64,000 bases of DNA from Lachnospiraceae bacterium (GCA_009774395.1 VSNQ01000007.1:3301-67300); one strand, 5' to 3'. Counted from the stretch's first letter, positions 42,360 to 53,208 are shown. Translations and numbers: made by a program. Notes: generated by a model not told the origin, from the sequence alone.

Positions 42360-42555
42360 TATAGAATCTCAACTCAATTTTTCACTCATTAGTGATACTT
42401 TTTCCTAAGTTACATAATATATATCGGTCGATATCAAAAATTGTTTAGCGTATTTTAGAAAAAAGGCAGAAAGCTTTTCTATTTTTTAAATGCTCTCTGC
42501 CTTTTTTCCTATTCTTTGTCGATATAATGCTGCAAACTAAATGATTATTCTTTAT

Positions 42556-42705
42556 TTATGCTTTATCGTTGTTACACAAAGCCTCATATTTTTTAACAAG
42601 TTCTTGAAAATCTTCAAGCGTGCTGCATTCCTTCAAATCATTTAAAATCCGTACTCGTTCTAACTTGCGTGCTAAACTTTCAACAATTTCTGCATTTGTT
42701 GGCAT
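42556..42705 (-). CDS. Small 49-aa helical protein (MPTNAEIVESLARKLERVRILNDLKECSTLEDFQELVKKYEALCNNDKA)
   Basis: Below the ORF-track cutoff; GGGGTG RBS; translated by hand. Confidence 0.7.
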   Translation of the reverse strand: MPTNAEIVESLARKLERVRILNDLKECSTLEDFQELVKKYEALCNNDKA

Positions 42706-42795
42706 ATCATCACCCCACTTCCAAAATCATTGCTGATAAGATAACCTTATTATACCAATAACCAGAATCTGTGTAAAGTTTTTCTTTTCAGTTCC

Positions 42796-43062
42796 TTATG
42801 CTTTCCAGCGCTGTAATGTGGGGAAATATGCCATCAATGCCGTTTTGGCTTCCTCTATGGTTTTACTTCTGCCGCCTTCTACCTCAAATGGTGCACAGAA
42901 GTCTGCCATCTGCTCCATTGTACAATCCTGCTCAAAAGCGCCGTCTTTGTAACAATAACAGCAATACATATCATTTTTACTGCCGTCCTGATTGGTTCCG
43001 TACTGTTCCTCCTGCATTGGCATTCCGCAGCTTTGACAAATTTTTAACTCCATATTTTCCAT
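42796..43062 (-). CDS. Putative zinc-ribbon protein
   Basis: CQSCGMP...YCCYCY.DG.F...L.RW. Confidence 0.85.
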   Translation of the reverse strand: MENMELKICQSCGMPMQEEQYGTNQDGSKNDMYCCYCYKDGAFEQDCTMEQMADFCAPFEVEGGRSKTIEEAKTALMAYFPTLQRWKA

Positions 43063-43258
43063 TTTTTCTTCCTTTCCGATATCAATATTATTTGATATCT
43101 GCCGCTTAGCAATATTTTAAACCTTCCTACTATAATACCTGTCTTGCAATATTCTTAATTCTTCTTTTGCATTTCAGATTCTATTAGGAATGTTTATAAA
43201 AACAGTATAACAGTTTAAACCTGACAGCAGTCTGTCATATTCTAATTTTTATTTTAGA

Positions 43259-43903
43259 TTATGCATAAATTGGTTCAAAATCGTCTGCGCCGTGTCCACA
43301 GGTCGGGCAGGTAAATTCTGCCGGAAGCTCGCTTCCATTATATACATAATTGCAGATTTTGCAGCGCCAGCCAACAATTTTTTTATCGCTTTCTGCTTTC
43401 TGCGGTTTCGGTTTTACCTTGCTTTGGTAATCTGCATACGTAAGCGGTTCCTTATCGCTTAATACCTGCGCATCCTCCACTTCCGCAATAAACAGCGTAT
43501 GGCTTCCCAAATCCTGACTGCTTACCACCTTGCAGTGCAATACCGCACACGCCTGCCAGCCCATATAAGGGATTCCACGGCTGTCTATGGGCGGTGTCAT
43601 ATTTGCAAATTTATCCACGTTTCTTCCCGACTGGAATCCAAAATGTGAAATGGTTTCAAACGTTACCGTTTGGTCAAGCATACTCAGTGTAAAAATACCG
43701 CTTTCCTTAATTAAATCACAGGTATAATTGCTATTTAAAACGGATATTGCTACTCTTGTCGGGCTGTTTGCCACCTGCATACAAGTGTTGGTAATACAAC
43801 CATTTACTTTTTCTCCCGCCTTTGTTGACAGCATAAAAACACCATAACTTAGACGATACATTGCTTTATTATCCATATTTTTCCCCATTCCTTTCCAAGA
43901 CAC
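43259..43903 (-). CDS. Flavin reductase-like protein with C-terminal rubredoxin domain
   Basis: FGFQSGRNVDKF, GSHTLFIAEV; CKICNY...CPTC. Confidence 0.9.
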   Translation of the reverse strand: MSWKGMGKNMDNKAMYRLSYGVFMLSTKAGEKVNGCITNTCMQVANSPTRVAISVLNSNYTCDLIKESGIFTLSMLDQTVTFETISHFGFQSGRNVDKFANMTPPIDSRGIPYMGWQACAVLHCKVVSSQDLGSHTLFIAEVEDAQVLSDKEPLTYADYQSKVKPKPQKAESDKKIVGWRCKICNYVYNGSELPAEFTCPTCGHGADDFEPIYA

Positions 43904-43949
43904 AACCTACTGTAAAAGTTTTGTCAAATTCTTTCACTCTTTTCCTATT

Positions 43950-45515
43950 TTATTCTTTTTCTGATAAATCTTCGTTTTCCGGTCTCTGCGCAACTGTAAG
44001 TGAAACACCGTCAAGTCCATTTACCGTAATATTACGATTTACTTTTGCATCATAAGACTCTGCGTTAATAATACTTGACAAGTCGATTCCTGTCGTTTCT
44101 TTCATAGACTCAAATAATTTTGCCATCACTGCCGGAACATTGCCTGCGACCTGTTCTACACCGTTTGCATCGCCATTTCCACCAATAATCGTAATTTTGT
44201 CAATCTGTGATAATGGTTCCGCAATTTTCCCTGCGATATCGGGCAGCACCTTAATCATCATTTCCGCAACTGCCGCCTTATTATACTTCGCATAAGCTTC
44301 TGCTTTTTTCTCCATAGCTTCTGCTTCCGCAAGCCCTTTTGCCTGAATGGATTCCGCTTCCGCAAGCCCCTTTGCTTTAATTGCTGCCGCTTCCGCCTCA
44401 CCAAATGCCCGAACACCTTGTGCTTCCTGCTCTCTTGAAAATCGATCCGCTTCTGCCTGTGCCTTTCTTGCCTCTGCTTCCCGCTGTGCTTCAAACTGCT
44501 GTGCTTCTGCTTCTTTTTGCCGCTGATACAACGCTGCATCTGCTTTCTGCTGTGCCGCGTATTTATCTGCTTCTGCCTGCTTTTTTACCTCTGCTTCCAG
44601 TGCACGTTCTCTTACAGCGACCTGCTTCTGCTTTAACTCAATCTCACGTTCCTGCTTGGCAATATCCGCATTCGCTGTCGTAATCTCAATTGTTTTACGC
44701 TGTTCCTCTTTCTGAATTTCATATGCCGCATCCGCCATTGCCTTTTTGGTATCCGCCTCCATCTGCAATTCAGACTTCTTAATTGCTAGTTCATTCTGCT
44801 TTTTTGCAATCTCCGTCTGTGCCGCAACAGCAGCATCATTGGATTCCTTGTCAGCGGAAGCCTGTGCTACTTTTATATCACGTTCACTTTCTGCCCTTGC
44901 AATCGCCGCCGCCTTTTTAATCTTAACAATATTGTCAATACCAAGGTTTTCAATGACTTCATTTGCATCCACGAAATTCTGTACATTAAAACTAATAATA
45001 TCCAATCCCATCGCTGCCAAATCAGGCTCTGCATTTTCTTTCACCAGCGTAGCGAATTTCTGACGGTCAGATACCATTTCTTCCAGCTTCATTTTTCCCA
45101 CAATTTCACGCACATTACCCTCTAGTACCTCCCGTGCTACACTGGCAATATACTCGGCATTTTTATTTAAGAAATTCTCTGCTGCAAGCCGTAAGGTTTC
45201 CGGATTACTGCTGATTTTTACATTGACTGTCGCGTCTACATTAATATTGATATAATCCGCTGTCGGCACGGCATTGCTCGTCTTGACGTCAATCGGTATC
45301 AGTCTTAAATTCAGCTTATCCAAACGTTCAAAAAACGGAATCCGAATACTTGCCTTACCAATTACAATTTTTGACTTTTTCTTAATGCCGGAAATAATAA
45401 ACGCCATATCAGGCGGCGCTTTGACATACCCAATAGCAAACAGTACAATAATCAAAATAAAAATTGTTCCTGCAATAATAAGTTTTACCATTTTCCCCTC
45501 TTTTCTGCGCTGCAT
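43950..45515 (-). CDS. Flotillin/SPFH domain protein
   Basis: N-terminal TM, SPFH (EVLEGNVREIVG), AEA-rich coiled coil. Confidence 0.9.
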   Translation of the reverse strand: MQRRKEGKMVKLIIAGTIFILIIVLFAIGYVKAPPDMAFIISGIKKKSKIVIGKASIRIPFFERLDKLNLRLIPIDVKTSNAVPTADYININVDATVNVKISSNPETLRLAAENFLNKNAEYIASVAREVLEGNVREIVGKMKLEEMVSDRQKFATLVKENAEPDLAAMGLDIISFNVQNFVDANEVIENLGIDNIVKIKKAAAIARAESERDIKVAQASADKESNDAAVAAQTEIAKKQNELAIKKSELQMEADTKKAMADAAYEIQKEEQRKTIEITTANADIAKQEREIELKQKQVAVRERALEAEVKKQAEADKYAAQQKADAALYQRQKEAEAQQFEAQREAEARKAQAEADRFSREQEAQGVRAFGEAEAAAIKAKGLAEAESIQAKGLAEAEAMEKKAEAYAKYNKAAVAEMMIKVLPDIAGKIAEPLSQIDKITIIGGNGDANGVEQVAGNVPAVMAKLFESMKETTGIDLSSIINAESYDAKVNRNITVNGLDGVSLTVAQRPENEDLSEKE

Positions 45516-45782
45516 TTCACTGCACGACTTATTAATTTTTTGTTTTTGATATTGTGCTCACAAACGATTCGATTTCTCATTACAACTCAGCTTTGCCGAT
45601 TTGTAACAATTTCTCTGCAATTCTTCAGCACAGATTTATCCAAAAACATATGAAACGAAATACAATTTCCTATATGTCGAATTATAGCATAAAATAGGGA
45701 ATTCGTATAGATACTATTATGAAGTTGCAATTTATTATTGATATATCAATTGTAATGTGATATACTAGACAAAATTTTTATT

Positions 45783-45886
45783 GATACTGACAAGCGGTTC
45801 CATATTCTTTTCTGCATAGCGTATATGGAGTTCTTATGCAATATGATCTGTGAAGGAATTAGAGAATCTTAACGTTCGTCAGTATA
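45783..45886. mobile_element. 104-bp A1 miniature element (diverged)
   Basis: Right end AATCTTAACGTTCGTCAGTATA shared with the 16612 and 46557 copies. Confidence 0.6.
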
Positions 45887-45923
45887 TATTATATATTGAA
45901 CGTTTTTAATTAGGAGGCAAAAT

Positions 45924-46472
45924 ATGCGTACAGATGACCGCTACGAACAATATACCAAAAATCAGCAAATGCGGGAAACCATTTTCCGTGAATATCCTGA
46001 AATTCAGAAACTAGACCTTGCCAAAAACAAATGGATGTGTTTCCTAATGTCCTTTATGCTGATTGCTCGCATTATCAATATTATTTTGTTAGTTCAAAAT
46101 GGAAACTCCAATCTATTTCTATTGATTGGAGCAAATTGTATTGGATATTTTACATACTTTTTTATCCTGTTTTTTTGTATGCGGGTCAAAGCCCAAAATG
46201 TATACTTTTTGTATATACTGCTTTTTAGTTTATTGAATACGCTTTTCAGGCATCTTCAAAATTTTACTTCATTGAATATGCTGATAGAAGTACATCTATC
46301 TCTTTTTCAAAGCGTTCCACTGGCTGCTATATCGGATATTCTGCTGTATATAGGATTTGCGCTTCATGCAGGCGTTACTATATGGCTGACAATTATCCCC
46401 AAAAACCGCAGGCTTGCGAAACAATTTGATACGCTTATGCGCGACAGCAGTCAACTTTCTAACCCGAAATAA
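45924..46472 (+). CDS. Hypothetical membrane protein
   Basis: AGGAGG RBS; about four hydrophobic helices. Confidence 0.7.
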   Translation: MRTDDRYEQYTKNQQMRETIFREYPEIQKLDLAKNKWMCFLMSFMLIARIINIILLVQNGNSNLFLLIGANCIGYFTYFFILFFCMRVKAQNVYFLYILLFSLLNTLFRHLQNFTSLNMLIEVHLSLFQSVPLAAISDILLYIGFALHAGVTIWLTIIPKNRRLAKQFDTLMRDSSQLSNPK

Positions 46473-46556
46473 CAGCAATTATTATATTGATACCCTGCAT
46501 ACGTATCAATCATTCTCTACCATAACATATTTTTCTTTCAATATTTTTTATTCTGC

Positions 46557-46660
46557 TATACTCACGAGCGATTAGATTTTCCTTCCCGCACAACACATAT
46601 TGTCCGCTTATACAACATGGGCTGTGCAGAAATTGGAAAATCTTAACGTTCGTCAACATA
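46557..46660. mobile_element. 104-bp A1 miniature element overlapping the MATE stop codon
   Basis: Close match to 16612-16715. Confidence 0.75.
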
Positions 46661-48020
46661 CCTTACTTTTCAGCCATTTCCCACTAACAAATCTTCCAGA
46701 AAACAGTATTCCTCGTATTGTCCAATCTGCAAACATACCAATCCATACCACCATTGGACCAAAATGAAATACTTTTACAAGGTAAATACACAGTGCAACC
46801 CGACAGCACCACATTGTAATGGTTGAAACGATCATAGAAAACCTCACATCTCCCGCAGCACGCAGCCCATACCCGATTACAAATGATCCAACCCATACCA
46901 GCGGCTTTACAATCGTAATGGCAACCATCATTTCAAAGCACAGCGCCGCTGATTCTGACTCCATTCCAGCAAGCCATGTAACAGGTTTTGTTATCGCAAG
47001 AACCAAAAGGCAGGAACACAAAATCCCAACCCATGCAATACTTGTCAGCTTCACAATATAATACTTTGCTTCCTCCTTCCGTCCAGCGCCGATACACTGA
47101 CCTACAACCGTCATTAATCCGATACCGACACCAATACCAAAAATTCCATTCACATTTTCAAGGATATTGGTCATTGCCTGCGCCGCAATTGCCGCTGTCC
47201 CCATTGTCGAAACCGTTGACTGTATGGCAAGCTTTCCAAATTGAAACATACCATTCTCAATACCAGAGGGAATACCGATTGCCATTATTTTCATAATTAG
47301 CGGCATATCTGGACGGATTTGCAAATAATCCCGCACTACAATTTTCTGACGCGGTTTTCTTAGGCAGTAAAATACTACGATTGTGCAAAAAATTCTGGAT
47401 ATCAGCGTCGCAATTGCCGCACCTGCTACACCCCACTGCAAACCATAAATTAACACAGCGTTGCCAGCAATATTTAAAATATTAGAAATAACAGACACTT
47501 CCATAGGAAATCGTGAGTCCCCTCCAGCACGGTAAAATGCTGCACCTGCATTAAACAGTGCCAGAAATGGATACGACATCACCGTAATCAGAAAATAGAC
47601 AAGTGAATCTTCCATTACCGATTCCTCAACTGCACCAAAAATCAGCCGCAGCAGCCCCTCACTTCCAATCAGACATACTGCCGTAAGTACTGCTGAAATT
47701 ACAAAAACTGTAAGCACTACCTGATTTGCTGCTTTATTGCACTGCTTCTCGTTGCCACTACCAAGGTATTGGGAACAGATAATCGCCGCACCTGTTGCCA
47801 TTGCAGAAAATACTTGAATTACCAAATTATTGATAGCGTCCACCAAAGAAACCGCTGAAATTGCCTCGCTCCCAACCGTAGACACCATCATCGTATCTAC
47901 CATTCCCATAAAGGAATTTAATAATTGCTCCACAACAATCGGAACCAACAAAAGAAACAATGCGCGATTGCTGAAAAGAAGACTGTTCCAGTCAATCTGC
48001 TTTTTATCATAAAGTTTCAT
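46653..48020 (-). CDS. MATE family efflux transporter
   Basis: VDTMMV, SQYLG, R..GD...P, GVAGAAIAT; about 12 TM. Confidence 0.92.
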   Translation of the reverse strand: MKLYDKKQIDWNSLLFSNRALFLLLVPIVVEQLLNSFMGMVDTMMVSTVGSEAISAVSLVDAINNLVIQVFSAMATGAAIICSQYLGSGNEKQCNKAANQVVLTVFVISAVLTAVCLIGSEGLLRLIFGAVEESVMEDSLVYFLITVMSYPFLALFNAGAAFYRAGGDSRFPMEVSVISNILNIAGNAVLIYGLQWGVAGAAIATLISRIFCTIVVFYCLRKPRQKIVVRDYLQIRPDMPLIMKIMAIGIPSGIENGMFQFGKLAIQSTVSTMGTAAIAAQAMTNILENVNGIFGIGVGIGLMTVVGQCIGAGRKEEAKYYIVKLTSIAWVGILCSCLLVLAITKPVTWLAGMESESAALCFEMMVAITIVKPLVWVGSFVIGYGLRAAGDVRFSMIVSTITMWCCRVALCIYLVKVFHFGPMVVWIGMFADWTIRGILFSGRFVSGKWLKSKVC

Positions 48021-48073
48021 AAGAAACCCCTCTACTGTTTTCCTGCTATGTTTATATTATGACCTTTTTATTA

Positions 48074-48784
48074 CTATCTTTTTATTACTATCTTTTTATT
48101 ACTATCCTTTATGTTTTGAATTTGATCTATCACTTCCCTTGGGCTTTTGGCAAAAATAGACGCACCATGCTCCACCAAAAATGCTTTATCCCGAAATCCC
48201 CACAATACGCTGATACACGGAAGTCCTGCATTTACAGCAGTCTGCAAATCCACATCAGAATCACCAATATAAACTGCCTGTTCCTTCTGTTTTCCCAACT
48301 CTCGCAATGCCAATTCTACACTGTCCGGCGCTGGTTTCCGTGCCATACCCTCTCGGTCGCCAATCGCTACAGATACCTCCTTAAAGTATTTGTCCCGCAA
48401 TGCTTTCACAGCAGCATCGACTTTATTGGAAACAATTGCAAGCGCATATCCCTGTTCTTTTAACTGTGCCAATAGTGCCTGTACCCCTTCATATGCCCTT
48501 GTCTTATCGTTGCAATGATCTTGATAATATCCTCGAAAAACAGTAAAAGCCTCCTCAAACCTTGGATTATCTTCCCCGTCCGGTACTGCCCTGCGCATTA
48601 AGTTCCGAATACCATTACCTACAAATTGCCTGACTTCATCCAGTGCTCTTAACGGCATACCACAGGCAGCAAGCGCATAATTTGTTGCATCTGTCAGGTC
48701 TTCTAATGTATATAATAATGTACCATCAAGGTCAAAAATTACTGTGTCAATTTTATTGTGCGTTTCCATGTATTCCTCCTCCAT
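48074..48784 (-). CDS. HAD family hydrolase (phosphoglycolate phosphatase-like)
   Basis: FDLDGTL, VSNK, KPAP, IGDSDVD. Confidence 0.9.
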   Translation of the reverse strand: MEEEYMETHNKIDTVIFDLDGTLLYTLEDLTDATNYALAACGMPLRALDEVRQFVGNGIRNLMRRAVPDGEDNPRFEEAFTVFRGYYQDHCNDKTRAYEGVQALLAQLKEQGYALAIVSNKVDAAVKALRDKYFKEVSVAIGDREGMARKPAPDSVELALRELGKQKEQAVYIGDSDVDLQTAVNAGLPCISVLWGFRDKAFLVEHGASIFAKSPREVIDQIQNIKDSNKKIVIKR

Positions 48785-50996
48785 TGTTATACGCTGTCTT
48801 ATCCTGATAAAACATTTTTCTCAATGTGCAGATATCCTTAGGAATTTCGTTCTCATTTTTCTGCTCCCGCAGCTTTTTTATCCAAGCATAATATGCGTTT
48901 GCTGTCGGCGTTGTTAGAACTGACGTTTTTCTTATATATCCTTTTCGCACGGTTTCATGTGATACACTGCGCATCAATTTCCAGAAATTATAATAATGCA
49001 GTTTCAACTTTGTCATATAACCTGTACTATCCTCAATAACAAATCCCTCGATTTTGTGTCCCTGATATTCATAATCTTCCTCCTGCACTTCATAATACCA
49101 ATCGTAAAACTCCTGCCAATTCGCCAATTCAAATGCTTTCTCCTTGGGAATCATACCAAAACGATTCGCCACATAACACATTTCTTCATATTCATATTTA
49201 TCAAAATGCATCTGATTACGGACAATATCCAGCAAAACCAGCCTGCTTTCTGGATACGCAATAATATGCGGATCGTGCTCCATATCAACACATTCAAATA
49301 CAAACGAAACGTTATGTTCCTTAATATATTCCTTTAATTTTAAGATATTTTCAGCCGAAACCTGCTGATAGAGCATTTCACGAAACCATTGTGCAAACTG
49401 GCTGTTTATTGTCGATTTGCTGGTAATCAGCAAATCATCTTGATACTCTTGATAGCTGACAATTCCCAGAAATCCATTTTCCTTGATATACGCTGTTACA
49501 GGAAACTGCAATTGATGCTGCAGCATCTCAAAGCGCGTTTCCTCCCGCTCATTTACATTAAAAAACTTATCATATGCCCGCGCCGCAACCTTATTTTTCA
49601 CCGTATCAAGGTACAATCCGCGCGCCCTCGTTGTCTGCTCATCCCAAATCCTGTCAAAAAACGCCTTATCCGTAAAATTAAACGACGAGATTTCGCCGAA
49701 TTTCTTTTCTTGAATATAATGGTTCTGACGCAATACCGCTATGGTTTCTTCCACAGAAATATTGCATTCCTCCCGTTTGGGCAGCTCCGGCGCATGAAAC
49801 ACCTCATTTTTAATTTCCTGAAAATGAATCCCTTCCTTGTCAACTTGAACACAACGCAGACAGCCGCCAAATTCTACCTGCCCTTCAAGATTGAACACCC
49901 TGTCATTCACCATTATCGGAAGCTGCTTTGTATTCCTATGCCCATGAATTTGATAACAGTTATCCGGCGTTGTATCAAAAAACACCTCTGCCATTTTCTC
50001 AAAATCATTGTAATTGCCAACGCCCTTTATCATCTGCTCTGTGGCAACGAATGACAAATTCTTTGGAATCGTGCTAAGCCCTGCGTGTGTAACAAGATAA
50101 ATATTTTCACCATAACGATAATATGCGCACTGACCAAACCGCCGATATAACTGCCGTACATCCTTCTTGCTAATTCCCGCCGCTTCTAATGCTGGCTTTG
50201 TCACCAGCTCAAACTCCTTAGAATTTGTTGCTCTATCATTTGCCCAAAGCCACAGCCATTTCTCATGATTGCCTTCTAACATCAGTACATTTTTCCGACC
50301 CATCAGCGATATTAAAAACTGCACAACTTCCACATTTTCTAAACCACGGTCGATATAATCGCCAACAAATATGTACATTTCATCCTCTTGAATCCCACCG
50401 TTATCAGACAAATATTTTTGCAGCGCCGTATAACATCCATGCACATCCCCGATATGATGTACTCTTTTATATTGCGAAAAATCAAACAGCTTTAGCCAAA
50501 TAGTATCCAGCTCATCGGGACGAATCACTTGTATTCCCGACGGGATTCGCTGCGTTGCAAAGCGTGAATACATTCTGTCAATCACCGCCTCCGGTACTCT
50601 TTTCAACGGCTCACGCTGTGCATTTCTGCGCTTTACTTCCTCTGCGGGAATATCCGTAAAGTCCACACAATAAATACGATACCGATACGCAATACACAAC
50701 TCCTTATATCGGTTCATCTCCGACGTTTTGGAATTTGTCGCATCAATCACGGTAAAATCTCCCCGCTGCATACGGATTTCCAAAATATGAAACAACGTTT
50801 TCCACACAACTTTATCATTGCTCTGGCTAATGCTCTGTGAACCATCAAGTTCCATCACCGGGCTTTGACACAGCAGACGAATTTCATCTGCTGACAAAGC
50901 ATATTGTTTCAAACCATTATTTTCAATCCAAGTGGATTTGCCGCAGCTTGCGGAACCCCTTAATAATAATAAAATTCTCATTGATTTTCTCCTCAA
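48753..50996 (-). CDS. Trifunctional polynucleotide kinase / metallophosphatase / RNA ligase
   Basis: P-loop GSASCGKST + DATN; GDVHG, GDYIDRG, GNHE; ligase motifs KFFN, KENG, EGFV, KLK. Confidence 0.85.
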   Translation of the reverse strand: MRRKSMRILLLLRGSASCGKSTWIENNGLKQYALSADEIRLLCQSPVMELDGSQSISQSNDKVVWKTLFHILEIRMQRGDFTVIDATNSKTSEMNRYKELCIAYRYRIYCVDFTDIPAEEVKRRNAQREPLKRVPEAVIDRMYSRFATQRIPSGIQVIRPDELDTIWLKLFDFSQYKRVHHIGDVHGCYTALQKYLSDNGGIQEDEMYIFVGDYIDRGLENVEVVQFLISLMGRKNVLMLEGNHEKWLWLWANDRATNSKEFELVTKPALEAAGISKKDVRQLYRRFGQCAYYRYGENIYLVTHAGLSTIPKNLSFVATEQMIKGVGNYNDFEKMAEVFFDTTPDNCYQIHGHRNTKQLPIMVNDRVFNLEGQVEFGGCLRCVQVDKEGIHFQEIKNEVFHAPELPKREECNISVEETIAVLRQNHYIQEKKFGEISSFNFTDKAFFDRIWDEQTTRARGLYLDTVKNKVAARAYDKFFNVNEREETRFEMLQHQLQFPVTAYIKENGFLGIVSYQEYQDDLLITSKSTINSQFAQWFREMLYQQVSAENILKLKEYIKEHNVSFVFECVDMEHDPHIIAYPESRLVLLDIVRNQMHFDKYEYEEMCYVANRFGMIPKEKAFELANWQEFYDWYYEVQEEDYEYQGHKIEGFVIEDSTGYMTKLKLHYYNFWKLMRSVSHETVRKGYIRKTSVLTTPTANAYYAWIKKLREQKNENEIPKDICTLRKMFYQDKTAYNNGGGIHGNAQ

Positions 50997-51494
50997 ATCT
51001 ATTCGATATGTATTGCAAATCGAAACTGTAATATTCCGATGGTTTCATTATAATATAGAATACAGCTTTATGTCCATATCTATAATCAAATAGGAAGAAA
51101 AATTGTAACAACTTTTTATACTATTTTTTACATTTCGATTAGACAGATACTTTGATTTATAATACCCTTAATCATCAAAATCAAATTTTACAGAAAGGAT
51201 TCCAAACCACTTTATGACTACAAAAAAGAAAAAATTATTATCCAACATCACCTATGAAACTGTTACGGGAAAAGTTGAGTACAATATGACAAATGGGCGG
51301 CTTTGTTCAAAGCCAGTACATGGGAGGTTCTGATGCTTAAATTCAGAAAGCATTATATTCACAAATGATTAAATTTTCCTTTCTGCACAGCCCATTTTGT
51401 CCGTTTATACAATATGGGTTGAACAGAAGTTGAAAAGTCCCGTATAATCGAGTAGTGGAATGTTCTTCTCCACTACTCGCCGCGCGCTCCATGC

Positions 51495-51592
51495 GGGACT
51501 ATTGCAATAAGGAAAATCTATACAAGATATTACAATAACGTGCTGCATTTTACAATATATCTTGTATAATCAAGGCGTATTGCGAAAGCCTC
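51495..51592. mobile_element. Diverged copy of the 27817-27912 element
   Basis: Shared TATACAAGATATT...GCATTTTA...TTGTATAATCAA...TATTGCGA.AGCC. Confidence 0.55.
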
Positions 51593-51662
51593 ATACTTTC
51601 TCTGCATGGGGCTGCGCACATAAAAAGGACTGGTTTCTTCCAATCCTTTCTAACACTGCTGC

Positions 51663-52214
51663 CTATTCCATTTGAATCTCTGAAAAATCAATTTCCAAAT
51701 CCTCATAAATCCCTGCTTTCACCTTATCCGAAAAAGTATAATCCATCACTTCATCATGCTCGAAATCATAAACAATAACATGATTCTTTTCCGGATCTAC
51801 AACCCAATATTCTTTCACACCTGCTGTACGATACCGAAATAATTTAATATAATAATCCATACGTTTGCTTGATTGTGAAACGATCTCAATTACCCAATCT
51901 GGCGCACCTTTACAGCCCTCATCCGTAATCTTGCTTTTATCACAAATTACGCTGATATCCGGCTCAAGGTAAATCTCATTATCCGCATTAAGAAAAACTG
52001 CAAACGGAGAAGGAAAAACTTCACAGGAACCTTGCTTACTATCAATATAATTATATATCCTATTAGACAATGCCATAACAAGCCTTTGATGAATCGTGCT
52101 GGGAGATGCCATCATATAAATTTCACCATCAATCAACTCTGCACGTTTCCCTTGTGGTAAATTGTAAATATCTTCTATTGTATAAGATTCTTCTAATACT
52201 TTTGCTGCATCCAC
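51663..52214 (-). CDS. Uma2 (DUF820) family endonuclease
   Basis: AELIDG.IY, EPDISVIC, GAPDWVIEIVS, GVKEYWVVDP. Confidence 0.9.
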   Translation of the reverse strand: MDAAKVLEESYTIEDIYNLPQGKRAELIDGEIYMMASPSTIHQRLVMALSNRIYNYIDSKQGSCEVFPSPFAVFLNADNEIYLEPDISVICDKSKITDEGCKGAPDWVIEIVSQSSKRMDYYIKLFRYRTAGVKEYWVVDPEKNHVIVYDFEHDEVMDYTFSDKVKAGIYEDLEIDFSEIQME

Positions 52215-52226
52215 TACAATATCCTC

Positions 52227-52784
52227 CTATTCACCATTGACCATAAAAGCAGAAAAATCAATTATCAAGTCCTCATAAATTCCAACTTTTATGCTATCCA
52301 TCAAGCTGTATTCTTCCATATGGTCAGATTCAAAATTATAAACTGTCACAATCTGCTTATCGGGGTCAATTACCCAGTATTCCCGAACACCTGCGGCACG
52401 GTATTTAAATAGCTTCTTGTAATAATCCATCTGGCGGCTCGCTGGAGAAACGACCTCAATAATCCAATCTGGCGCACCATTACAGCCTTTATCCGTAATT
52501 TTCTCCTTATCGCAGATTATAGAGAGATCCGGCTCGACATAATTCTTAGCATTTTTATTGAGAAAAACAGCAAACGGAGCTGGAAAAACTTCACATTGTC
52601 CGTTTTTATCTTGAATATAATTGCCAATTATTCTGTCCAAAAAATGAACAAATCTTTGATGTCTTGTATTCGGTGGTGCCATAAAGTAAATCTGCCCATC
52701 TATCAGCTCCGCACGTTCTCCTTGTTGCAAATTGTAAATATCTTCTATTGTATAAGATTCTTCTAATATTCTTGCTGAATTCAT
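52227..52784 (-). CDS. Uma2 (DUF820) family endonuclease, tandem paralog
   Basis: Same motifs; ~38 identical nt at the 5' ends of the two genes. Confidence 0.9.
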   Translation of the reverse strand: MNSARILEESYTIEDIYNLQQGERAELIDGQIYFMAPPNTRHQRFVHFLDRIIGNYIQDKNGQCEVFPAPFAVFLNKNAKNYVEPDLSIICDKEKITDKGCNGAPDWIIEVVSPASRQMDYYKKLFKYRAAGVREYWVIDPDKQIVTVYNFESDHMEEYSLMDSIKVGIYEDLIIDFSAFMVNGE

Positions 52785-52845
52785 TATTATAACCTCCTTT
52801 TTCTTTATTGTATCTAATATCCTACATTACCGCAAGATCTTTTAT

Positions 52846-53076
52846 TATACTTAGGAACTATCACGAAATAACTTGTTACAATTCACACCAACGCCAGATT
52901 TTGCAACAATTTACGAACATTCGGTGTGAATTGCAACAATTGATGCACACAAAATGCTAAAGTGCAAGCATTTTGGCGCATGATTCCCACTACTTTGGCG
53001 TGGGTGTGAAAAGTAACAATAACTTACCATATTTCGTGACAGTTCCTTAGCGTCAGTCTTTTCGATGCTTAGTATA
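52846..53076. mobile_element. Triple-nested miniature elements
   Basis: 35-bp TATAC element split by a GGAAC element (52854-53046, TTA duplication), itself split by a GTTAC element (52875-53017, AATAACTT duplication). Confidence 0.8.
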
Positions 53077-53172
53077 AAAAACGTACAATCGAGTTACTCG
53101 TTGCGCCGAGCACCCGTCAGCGAACCGATTTATTGGTTTGATGACAATCTACCTTTGCGTGCCCGTGTGCAT

Positions 53173-53208
53173 AAAAAAAAGCCCGCGGATTCCAAACGGG
53201 CTTTTTTC
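53173..53208. terminator. Bidirectional-type intrinsic terminator downstream of flgE
   Basis: AAAAAAAAGCCCG...CGGGCTTTTTT. Confidence 0.75.

Noticed and set aside
51214..51333. ~39-aa ORF MTTKKKKLL...
   Set aside because: RBS spacing is poor and there is no recognisable motif; possible remnant
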